From Candidatus Thorarchaeota archaeon (GTDB taxonomy: Archaea; Asgardarchaeota; Thorarchaeia; Thorarchaeales; Thorarchaeaceae): DNA of 64,000 nucleotides. The stretch is from NCBI GenBank assembly GCA_048884785.1, contig JBHLQM010000004.1:1-64000 (forward strand), given 5' to 3'. Under the pieces are notes generated by a model. It searched no databases and was not told the DNA's origin. It worked only from the letters and a program-made list of their open reading frames with translations. The stretch's first letter is position 1. Each line of letters begins with the position of its first letter. This document shows, in pieces, positions 38,470-46,936 of the stretch. A program made the translations under genes and the position numbers.

Positions 38470-40191
38470 TCACTTCAGACGTAGCAGTCTGCTAAATCCG
38501 CGTAGTAATGGTATTCCGAGCTTCAACGCTGTGGATAATGAAAGTATGCGAATGAACAAAAATCCTATGATACCACCTAAAATTCCTAGAAAGAATGCAA
38601 TGGGCAATGGAATCGAAGGTATAATTGGATTCCAAAGCAGAGTAGATAGCCATGTCCAGCCAAGAAATTGAGGACCGAATGCTTGGAGAATAACTAGAAC
38701 CGCAAATCCTGATAAAAAGCCAAAAGCTAGAGACTCCTTTGCAGCCTTCACTCTCCCCCCAAAAACCTTAGTCGGATTTACTAGATTTTCTGGGTCGATG
38801 GAGCGCTTTGCACTTTTCAATTTTCGTAGATAGGGTGTCCCGTAAAACTCGTCTGCAAAGGGTACATTCCATAAGGCCACTGCATAGGGCTTTCCTCCAT
38901 GAGTTTTTGCAAGCCTTGCCAAATCGAATGATCTGTACCAACCCAGAGTGTAGGCAATCTTCTTGCGTTCGTCATCAAGTATCCAGACCAAGAAAGATGC
39001 CGCTCCATCTCTGGATATTGTGCCTTCAATTGCTGCATTAGAATTCCTAAGAGCTTTACTTGTGTCCTCAAACATTTCAGGAATGGATTTCAATGGGAGG
39101 ATTGCCTCAGCAGGCACTAGGCTTGGTCCGAGGCTTTTGATCCTGAGAGGGTACAGACGTTCTCGCCAGTAAAACTGACTTCTATTATTGTCTAGCAGAA
39201 TTCCATTATGAGCTTCAACGATGCTTTCAATCTTCTCAACAGCATCCTCAACCTCATACACGATATCCAGTAGAGCCCCTGAGAGTATGAACTTTCCAAA
39301 CTCTGCTTTTCTGATTCGAAGAGATAGTAATTTGGATGAATAGGTATCGGTAAGATATCGAAGATGATAGGGATTCACTTTAGCAGTGATCTCAGCCGCA
39401 GCGGCAACCATGCTAGAAATATCTTCAAATGAGCACGCGAATGATCTAAACATGAGTTTTGGGATTAATCGCAGAGTGACTTTTGTGATGAATCCAAACA
39501 CACCATATGTCTCCATGAAGAGTTGATGGGGATCGATATCTTTTGTATCATCATCTTGCCCAAGTTTAGCATTTAGCCAATCCATTCCTCTTTCTGAATC
39601 CTCGGCAAGTTGGTCTTCTCCACTAAGTACAACCTTCCCAGTTCGTGCAAGCAGTCCGTTAGGAAGCACTACCTCAATCCCTACAACTTGGTCCTTAATG
39701 TTGCCATATTTGGCAGAACCGATTCCGACCCCACCACTAGCAACAAAGCCCCCAACTGTTGCAGCAGCTGCACTCGAAGGATACACCGGAAGTGTCAGTC
39801 CAACCCGTTCGAGGAACATCAGCAACTCTCGCCAAGTTATACCTGCTTCAACTGTTACAAGTAAGTTGTATTCATCAATATGCAGTATCTTTGCCATCTG
39901 AAGCATACTTATGCAAACTCCACCCTTTGTGGGCAATGTCCCTCCCCATCCTGATGTTCCGCTACCCCGTGGAACAACGGGTATCTTTTGCCCCTGCAGG
40001 TATTCGATTAGGTGCATAAGGGATTTTACTGTGACAGGTTGAATGACTAAATCGAACTGACCTGAGATTATTTGATTTGCCATGGGTGGCAGACTCGAAA
40101 TGTCCTTTGCATACAATGTTCTTGATTCAGCATCAGTGGTCACATTATCTGCACCCACAATATCCTCAATCTTCTGAACATTGATTTTCAC
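38470..40191 (-). CDS. FAD-binding (GlcD-like) oxidoreductase with C-terminal TM helices, paralog 2
   Basis: PRGSGTSGWGG, YPSSAAAATVGGF, RLYPLRIKSLGPS, DPENLVNP. Confidence 0.88.
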   Translation of the reverse strand: MKINVQKIEDIVGADNVTTDAESRTLYAKDISSLPPMANQIISGQFDLVIQPVTVKSLMHLIEYLQGQKIPVVPRGSGTSGWGGTLPTKGGVCISMLQMAKILHIDEYNLLVTVEAGITWRELLMFLERVGLTLPVYPSSAAAATVGGFVASGGVGIGSAKYGNIKDQVVGIEVVLPNGLLARTGKVVLSGEDQLAEDSERGMDWLNAKLGQDDDTKDIDPHQLFMETYGVFGFITKVTLRLIPKLMFRSFACSFEDISSMVAAAAEITAKVNPYHLRYLTDTYSSKLLSLRIRKAEFGKFILSGALLDIVYEVEDAVEKIESIVEAHNGILLDNNRSQFYWRERLYPLRIKSLGPSLVPAEAILPLKSIPEMFEDTSKALRNSNAAIEGTISRDGAASFLVWILDDERKKIAYTLGWYRSFDLARLAKTHGGKPYAVALWNVPFADEFYGTPYLRKLKSAKRSIDPENLVNPTKVFGGRVKAAKESLAFGFLSGFAVLVILQAFGPQFLGWTWLSTLLWNPIIPSIPLPIAFFLGILGGIIGFLFIRILSLSTALKLGIPLLRGFSRLLRLK

Positions 40192-41423
40192 GAAGGCGAA
40201 CCCCCCTTTGTTTCATCGAGTGCCTCGGCAACCAGTTCTGATATGCTTTGAACCTGTATTGAATAGTTCATTGTTTGCGTTGCTACATCAAGCGCCTGTA
40301 TGCATCTTGGGCATTCTGTTATTACACGGGATGCAGGCATAATAGAAATGTCTCGAAGCCGCATTTCAGAGATCTGCGATGAAAGTAAAGGGTCTGCAAT
40401 ATTCAGAAGTCCGTGTGTTCCACAGCACCTCGTGTCCTCCTTTGAGTGCAGCATGTCGATATTATACACTCCAGGAATCCTATCAATCACCTCTCTAGGT
40501 TCCTGTATAATCTTCAATGCTCTTGAGGAAATGCACGGATCATGATAGGTCACAGTGATATTGGGCAAATCTCTATAATTCAAAAGTTTCTCGGAATTAA
40601 GTTTCTTGATGAATTGAGAGAGTGTTAAGAGTTCGAATTCACGCTGAAGAGGTACCTTCCAAGATTGGGTGAATGTTATTGGCCAATGGTTTATGCATGA
40701 TGGACAACTAAACACAATTCTCTCAACACCAAGCTCTCTCATCATTGTCAGGTTCTTCTCTCCAAATTCTGGAGCATCATCACGGTTTCCTCCCCATATG
40801 AGGGGCGCGCCACAGCATACTTCTTTCTCACCAAGTAATGTATAATCGATACCTGCATGCTCCATTATTCTGATAACCGATTGAGTCATGCCCTGAAGTC
40901 TTGGTTTCAGGGAAGCGTTACACCCTATGAAGAATGCGGTCTTCGATGGACTCTCAATCCTATCTTTAATATCAATATCTAGGCCTTCTGCCCACAACAT
41001 CCTCGAAGGTGGTCCCATCGAGAACGGGTCTCCGTACTTGAGTACCGATTTACAGGTAAACGCTATAGAGGGTGGTACCAATCCTTCTTTCCACGCAATA
41101 CCTCTCATCAATTCCCAAAATCTATCCAATCTAAGGCTTGTTGTGCAAATTGAAGAGCAATGTTCGCAAAGAGAGCAAAGAAAGAGGTTCCTTACGTATT
41201 CTTCATCAAATCTCTTCTTGCCCTCGAGCACAAGCTTGGTAGTTTGAAGTCTTCCTCGAGGACCATATGCCTCCCAACGAAGCTGTCTGAATGTAGGACA
41301 GACCATTGTGCAATTACCACACGAAGCGCAGATGTATGGATCTGTTTCATGTCCTGTCCCTTCGAGATTTTTCAGACGACTCATCATTGGTCCTCTTCGA
41401 TTGTATCTAGCTATAAGCACCAA
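40188..41423 (-). CDS. HdrD/GlcF-like Fe-S protein, paralog 2
   Basis: CASCGNCTMVCP, CSLCEHCSSIC, CCG..CPSC, HDPC..CCG..CPRC. Confidence 0.92.
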   Translation of the reverse strand: MVLIARYNRRGPMMSRLKNLEGTGHETDPYICASCGNCTMVCPTFRQLRWEAYGPRGRLQTTKLVLEGKKRFDEEYVRNLFLCSLCEHCSSICTTSLRLDRFWELMRGIAWKEGLVPPSIAFTCKSVLKYGDPFSMGPPSRMLWAEGLDIDIKDRIESPSKTAFFIGCNASLKPRLQGMTQSVIRIMEHAGIDYTLLGEKEVCCGAPLIWGGNRDDAPEFGEKNLTMMRELGVERIVFSCPSCINHWPITFTQSWKVPLQREFELLTLSQFIKKLNSEKLLNYRDLPNITVTYHDPCISSRALKIIQEPREVIDRIPGVYNIDMLHSKEDTRCCGTHGLLNIADPLLSSQISEMRLRDISIMPASRVITECPRCIQALDVATQTMNYSIQVQSISELVAEALDETKGGSPS

Positions 41424-41494
41424 GTGTTAGTGTGGAATCTTTTGTCGGTGGCAGCTGCTATCTACCACCGACAATCTATTTTTTTTGGTCGCAA

Positions 41495-42823
41495 TTAAGC
41501 ATAGTCTTGGGTCATTTCCTGAGCACAGGCAATTCCAGACTTGGATGCAGCTTCCATAGAGGCATAATAATGGCCGCAATTGGCATATGCGCCAGCAACA
41601 TAGAGCCCTTTAACTCCGGTGCGGTTGGTCTTGAGCCTCTGAGACATTATTCCAGGTGGTTGTGAGAGCACGGACCTCCAAATCTTCCAGCTCTTCTTCC
41701 AAGTTATCTTTTCTTCAATTCCTGGAATCAGAGTCTTTAGCTCATTCAGGATTTCACGTGTTGCCTCACTATCATCCATCTTTAGTAGATCTTCATCAAT
41801 TGACGTCACAGTAAGTAGTGATTCTCCAATCGGTGCCAAGACCCCTGAAACACGTTTCGCTTCAGCCATTATGTGGATTTTCTTTCCAGGAATAAAGCCG
41901 CCCACATTGAAGTCAAGCACACGTGAGGAAAGACCAAAGTATGCCACAATGGACGGGCGGTACGAAAACTTCCTGACTGCAGATGTGAAGTCACTCGGAA
42001 GCTTGTTCATTTCAACAAAATTCGGAAGCAGATCAATGGGGGTCGTGACAACAACTGCATCGGCATCAACAGTATAGTCTTTACCTTCTTGTTCATACTC
42101 AAGCCCCACAACTTTCCCATCGTCTATGATAACCTGCTTTACTGCACAGTTAACTTTTGGTTCAATGGCGAAATTTCGAGCCTGAAGCATTAGTGTATAT
42201 GGAACACTTCCCAATCCACCTCTTTCAGGATACATTGCTTGAAATCCATCTTCGTAGGCAAACCTCAGTTGCTCCGAGTATAGGTATTGACCAGCAGAAA
42301 CTTGGTCGGGCTTCATGAAAGTGACAGTTCTAATAAGCGGGTCATAGAAATTCTCTTGTATGGACTCTGGGATATGATCCTCTGCATACTCTGAAAATGT
42401 CATCTTATCCAACTCCAAGAAATTCTCCTGAGTTCGTTTGAGGTTTTCCTGAACCAGCCGTCCCAGTGTGACACGTTCAGTTGGTCCTACAAGCCCAAAT
42501 TTGGCAAGATCAACGACCGATTTCCGTATCATATGTTTCTCGCCAGCCTTTAGCCACACTGCTCCTTCTCCTACGACCGTCATGCGGACTCCGCTGCGCT
42601 CAAGTATCGGTATAAGAGACTTGAAACCACCTACAAAGAAGTGAAGTCCTTGGTCAAAGACATACCCCGATTCTGTAAAAGATCTGGCACGACCCCCTAC
42701 AGTCGGTTCCTTCTCAAGGATTGTACATCTGGCTTTCAGCCCTTTTAGCTCAAGTGCACAGCTAAATCCAGCGATGCCTGCTCCTACGATTACAACCCTT
42801 GGTGCCTTTCTTGTGTCGCTCAT
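41495..42823 (-). CDS. FAD-dependent oxidoreductase, phytoene desaturase/HpnE/amine-oxidase superfamily
   Basis: VGAGIAG, EKEPTVGGR, FDQGLH, YPERGG, GLYVAGAY..SMEAASKSG. Confidence 0.85.
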   Translation of the reverse strand: MSDTRKAPRVVIVGAGIAGFSCALELKGLKARCTILEKEPTVGGRARSFTESGYVFDQGLHFFVGGFKSLIPILERSGVRMTVVGEGAVWLKAGEKHMIRKSVVDLAKFGLVGPTERVTLGRLVQENLKRTQENFLELDKMTFSEYAEDHIPESIQENFYDPLIRTVTFMKPDQVSAGQYLYSEQLRFAYEDGFQAMYPERGGLGSVPYTLMLQARNFAIEPKVNCAVKQVIIDDGKVVGLEYEQEGKDYTVDADAVVVTTPIDLLPNFVEMNKLPSDFTSAVRKFSYRPSIVAYFGLSSRVLDFNVGGFIPGKKIHIMAEAKRVSGVLAPIGESLLTVTSIDEDLLKMDDSEATREILNELKTLIPGIEEKITWKKSWKIWRSVLSQPPGIMSQRLKTNRTGVKGLYVAGAYANCGHYYASMEAASKSGIACAQEMTQDYA

Positions 42824-42855
42824 TGATGTTTCCTCGGTTTATTTCATTACTATAT

Positions 42856-43980
42856 TCACTCGCCGACTAATGACGATTGCGCAAGGTCAAGAATCAATTC
42901 GTCGAGTTGAATTACTTCCAGATTCGTATCCCGTGCACAATAGCTGAGATTCTTGAAACAGGATATGCATGTGGTTATAATTCCATCCACTCCTATCTCA
43001 ACAGCTTCAGCCACTCTGTTCTTTCCAATTGACTCTGCAAGATCTGGGTCTATTACACTCACAAAACCCCCGCAACAATTTGAGTTCTCTCGATTGTTTG
43101 GGAGTTCTGTAAATTCAAGCCCAGGAATCGCGTTGATAATGGTTCTAGGTGGCTCATAAATACCCAACGCTCTACCAAGATGGCAAGAATCGTGGAATGT
43201 GTATGACCCCTCTTTTCCTTTAAAGGTAAGTACACCATTGTTTACCATATCTGCAAGAACTTCCACAGTATGATGGATTTTGATGTCAAAATTCTCTATC
43301 ACATGAGGATAATGTTCAGCAAGAGTCCCAAAGCATCCACCACATCCAGTAATTATGTGATCAACTCCTGCTTTCTTGAACATTGAATAGTTCTTTCTGA
43401 TGATGGATTCAAATCCCTCATCATCTCCCGCCCAGTAGTTCATGAGACCACAGCATACTTCGCTGGGAACGTATCCAACATTGACCTTGAGTTTCTGCAT
43501 CATATCTACAACCATCTCAGGTTGATCTGGATACCAGAATGAACCCATGCATCCTGAGAATATTGCCGTGTTGGATTCGGGAGGAAGCTCGAGGTCTTCA
43601 GCCCACACTGTCCTTTCATCTGCCTCAAACCCAACGAAGGGCGTTCCTTCTTTTTTCAGCCATTCGAGCACCTTCATTAGCCCCTCTGATAAGGACCCGC
43701 CTGTTCCTAGAAGATTAGCTTTTGCATCATGCCAAATTGTCGTAACCGGAACTCCAGCAGGACAAATCGCTTCACACCGCCGGCAATCCGCGCAATAGAG
43801 TCTGTTTAAGAGTTCCTGAGGCGGCTTCCTCATCTTCTCAGCATATGCCCTAAGAGCTCTGATCTTCCCTCCAGGACTATCAAGTTCAGAACCAAGTTGC
43901 TTGTACATGGGACAGAAGTCCCGACAGTAATTACATGAGCCACAATGTCTTAGTACATCGGTCTTGAGGTCTACCTTCAT
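42856..43980 (-). CDS. HdrD/GlcF-like Fe-S protein, paralog 1
   Basis: CGSCNYCRDFCP, CADCRRCEAICP, CCG..CGGC, HDSC..CCG..CISC. Confidence 0.92.
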   Translation of the reverse strand: MKVDLKTDVLRHCGSCNYCRDFCPMYKQLGSELDSPGGKIRALRAYAEKMRKPPQELLNRLYCADCRRCEAICPAGVPVTTIWHDAKANLLGTGGSLSEGLMKVLEWLKKEGTPFVGFEADERTVWAEDLELPPESNTAIFSGCMGSFWYPDQPEMVVDMMQKLKVNVGYVPSEVCCGLMNYWAGDDEGFESIIRKNYSMFKKAGVDHIITGCGGCFGTLAEHYPHVIENFDIKIHHTVEVLADMVNNGVLTFKGKEGSYTFHDSCHLGRALGIYEPPRTIINAIPGLEFTELPNNRENSNCCGGFVSVIDPDLAESIGKNRVAEAVEIGVDGIITTCISCFKNLSYCARDTNLEVIQLDELILDLAQSSLVGE

Positions 43981-43986
43981 TTATTT

Positions 43987-45501
43987 TCACCTCGCTACAA
44001 ACTTGCCAAGCCGCCTGAAGGCAGCAGCAAGAACAAACAGAACGTTCATCCTTCCATATGATGTCATGCAGGTGGTTATTCTGTCTGGATTCATAATGTT
44101 TCTCGCGTCCAGAGACGCCTTTCTTTCCTTCATCACGGATTGTCTCTCTGGATATGCCCGTTTCATGTATATTGAATTCTGAAGACCTATGGTATAAGGT
44201 CCTCCTCCTCGTTTGATCGCCCTTTTCATCATTTTATGCAGGATTCCTTTGCTTGAAATGAATTCAAGATATTTGTCAGGATTCAGCATTGCCATAAGTT
44301 CAAGTCGCATCATGCTTGATGTACCAAGCATCCCAAACCATATAGCTGGTACCTTGTGTGTCTTCTTGGTCTTTTCATAGGCTTTCAGGAGGTCGTAGAC
44401 ATGTTCAACACTCACCCAGAGTTCCTGAAACATCAGAGTATGGCAATGCTCCTTTGGATTGAACTCACAATCAAAACGTAGGTCCCATTCCTTCGCTGAA
44501 TACTCGTTTCCGAGGAATGTCCCTCCGCTTTCAGAGACGATTTGTTCGATCTCACTGAGAGGTGCCTTGGAGCTGTTCTCTACATATGAAACCGTTAGAA
44601 CATATCTTCCCTTCTCGAGTGGATTGCTGAAGCTCTGGAAAGGTTGGTCTGCTATCTTGAGATACAGTGGTTTTTGAGTAGTTCCTGAAATACCCCTCAT
44701 GGCGTTACATACATGCTCCAGGTAGGCAAAGCCATAACTCAGGGTGTTGATTCTTGGTGCCAATGGTCGTATCCTAAGCGTTGCTTCAACGATTACGCCC
44801 AAAATACCATACGAAGCATTGTAGATATCGATATCTTCCCCCTCTATTATCGAGATGGATCCGTCAGGCAAAACAACCTTTAGTTGAATGATATTGTCCT
44901 TGAGAGTGCCATATAACGGGGTTCCGATTCCGGCCTTTCCTCCGCACCCGATCCAGCCGCCAACTACGGCTGACTTTGCACTCGAAGGATATATCCCTAG
45001 TTCAAAATTTTGCTTTGCCAATGCTTCGTCAAGAGCAGTGAATGTGACTCCTGGCTCAATAGTGACGGTTCCTTCCTTTGGATTTATTTCAAGAATCCTA
45101 TTCATCCTCTTCAAATCCAAGGAGATTCCTCCCCTTGATGGGCTTGAGGAACCCAGACAACTGGAGGCGCCTCCCCGCGGGATTACTGGAATCTTATGCG
45201 CACTGGCAATTTCTATGATTTCTCTCACATGGTCTGTTGTTTCAACTCGTACTACATAATCTGCTAGATACCTCAACTTCCATCGGTAATGGAACTGTGG
45301 AAGAGCTGCTGGATCTCCACTATAGACAATTCTCTCTAGCTCCATATCTGAGGCGTTTGTGAAACCCACAACACCAGCTAGTTTCTTGAGAATCAGCTCT
45401 TTCTCTGATACTTTGCTGGTCGGAACATCAATGAGTTGCTCTTGGGCCTGTGTTTGTTGAGTTGTACTTTCGTTTTCTTCAGCCATTTTATCACATCCCA
45501 A
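43987..45501 (-). CDS. FAD-binding (GlcD-like) oxidoreductase, paralog 1
   Basis: PRGGASSCLG, YPSSAKSAVVGGW, GILGVIVEATL, DARNIMNP. Confidence 0.88.
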   Translation of the reverse strand: MGCDKMAEENESTTQQTQAQEQLIDVPTSKVSEKELILKKLAGVVGFTNASDMELERIVYSGDPAALPQFHYRWKLRYLADYVVRVETTDHVREIIEIASAHKIPVIPRGGASSCLGSSSPSRGGISLDLKRMNRILEINPKEGTVTIEPGVTFTALDEALAKQNFELGIYPSSAKSAVVGGWIGCGGKAGIGTPLYGTLKDNIIQLKVVLPDGSISIIEGEDIDIYNASYGILGVIVEATLRIRPLAPRINTLSYGFAYLEHVCNAMRGISGTTQKPLYLKIADQPFQSFSNPLEKGRYVLTVSYVENSSKAPLSEIEQIVSESGGTFLGNEYSAKEWDLRFDCEFNPKEHCHTLMFQELWVSVEHVYDLLKAYEKTKKTHKVPAIWFGMLGTSSMMRLELMAMLNPDKYLEFISSKGILHKMMKRAIKRGGGPYTIGLQNSIYMKRAYPERQSVMKERKASLDARNIMNPDRITTCMTSYGRMNVLFVLAAAFRRLGKFVAR

Positions 45502-46729
45502 AGAAGATACCCAGGAACATACCCGTCATTCCCAAAATTGTCCACAAAACCACGGCAGGCAATCCAAGATTGCATGTTTTCCAGCCTGCTATATGAGTGA
45601 GAAAGGCCAACGTACCCAAAATCATACTCACTATTCCAAGCCAAATATGCCAGGAATGAATAAACAATGTCAGATTGGCTACACTGATCAGATATGCAGG
45701 ATTCATGGCGGTCCATGTTGAGGGATCTTCTTGGAAAAGCCAAATGACGTTGATGCTTGTCAGGATATAGGCTATACTGAGCATTATTCCATGCATTCGT
45801 GTGAATCGTTCTTCATCGTAATATTCCAGAGCCGTACCAATATAGGCAATAACCAACGCAGGTCCTCCAAGAAGCCAGCCATAATGCATTTGTGGTAGCG
45901 GTTCAGGTGGGAAATTGCCAACAATGTATTCTTCTTCCCAAGAAACGGATTCAACTCCATCTGTGTCAATTGCTACAATTCTAAAAACGATGTAAGTATA
46001 CAATGGAAATTCGGGAATTGTACCAACATAGTATCCATTACTTAGAGTCATCGATTGATTTGTCCATGTCGATCTATTATCAGTGCTATACTGCAGTTTG
46101 ACCTCACTGATGCCAACCTCGGAGGTTACATTTGTTCGGACTGCGACTGACTCGGTATCAAGAGGAATCAATGGTGTAGCATTGATTAACAGGATTGCAG
46201 GTCCTGCTCCTGGAGGTGGAAGAACAGTTACAGCAATTTGGATACTTATTCCATTAGGTATACCCTGCACCCCAAAAGCCTGAAGTGTATAGGACCCGGG
46301 AGAGGTTGGGGCTGTAATTGTATAATTGACTTCTACTTGGTCAGTATCGGCATCCATATCTGCCGCATCTCCATCATTAACTGTACCCTCAGATCCGAGC
46401 GAACCATAGGTGAACTCGGCATTATCCCCAACTGCTGAGGGAAACTTCAGGGTGAGAGCATTCTCTCCTGTCACACCAACGACTTGAATAACAATGCTAA
46501 AGCTTGCCTCAGTTTCTACGCTTATTGCAGTGGTGGATGCAGAAACACTCATCCCTGATGAGCTATCATGACAAGGGGATGCAGTGCATGCATCGTTTCG
46601 ACTAGGGTATGCCAAAGCTGAACCCGCAAGTAGAACCAAAACAAGAGTAATCGAAGTAATAAGAATTCCATATCGGACTTGCTTCTTCACATTTTTCACC
46701 CGGTTTATGTGGAGACTGTTTGCCAACAA
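45491..46729 (-). CDS. Fusion of exported cytochrome c-like domain (CX4CH), Ig-like domain and cytochrome b561-like four-TM domain (start probably GTG 46690)
   Basis: Signal ..GSALA/YP, CTASPCH, beta-rich domains; C-terminal TMs carrying QMH, RMHG, SWHIWLG, THIAG. Confidence 0.7.
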   Translation of the reverse strand: MLANSLHINRVKNVKKQVRYGILITSITLVLVLLAGSALAYPSRNDACTASPCHDSSSGMSVSASTTAISVETEASFSIVIQVVGVTGENALTLKFPSAVGDNAEFTYGSLGSEGTVNDGDAADMDADTDQVEVNYTITAPTSPGSYTLQAFGVQGIPNGISIQIAVTVLPPPGAGPAILLINATPLIPLDTESVAVRTNVTSEVGISEVKLQYSTDNRSTWTNQSMTLSNGYYVGTIPEFPLYTYIVFRIVAIDTDGVESVSWEEEYIVGNFPPEPLPQMHYGWLLGGPALVIAYIGTALEYYDEERFTRMHGIMLSIAYILTSINVIWLFQEDPSTWTAMNPAYLISVANLTLFIHSWHIWLGIVSMILGTLAFLTHIAGWKTCNLGLPAVVLWTILGMTGMFLGIFFGM

Positions 46730-46936
46730 GTTTCGTTTCGTGCATATGGGCTATAAATCCTTACTGTTTTGTAGAAGCGTTCTAAGCAGGCAAAACCAAT
46801 AAATTACGAATTCTTCTTTAAACTTAGATTCATGTTCCAAATAGTAACTAAGAGAATTAAGGCTACAAAGTTTCGAAAGACGAATCCAACAACAGAAAGG
46901 CTTCCAGAAACTCAGCATCTAAATCCGTCTTTTCAA

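Noticed and set aside
38345-38473. 43-aa N-terminal extension given in the ORF track for the monoheme cytochrome
   Set aside because: The signal peptide starts at ATG 38344; the upstream stretch looks like an AT-rich promoter gap
36039-43980. Calling the CCG proteins a methanogenic heterodisulfide reductase
   Set aside because: They are paired with GlcD-like flavoproteins; no hdrA/hdrE or mcr genes are present; CCG domains are generic
34299-45501. Selenocysteine (in-frame TGA) in the Hdr-like or FAD proteins
   Set aside because: All ORFs are full length with ordinary Cys motifs; I saw no truncation at a Cys position
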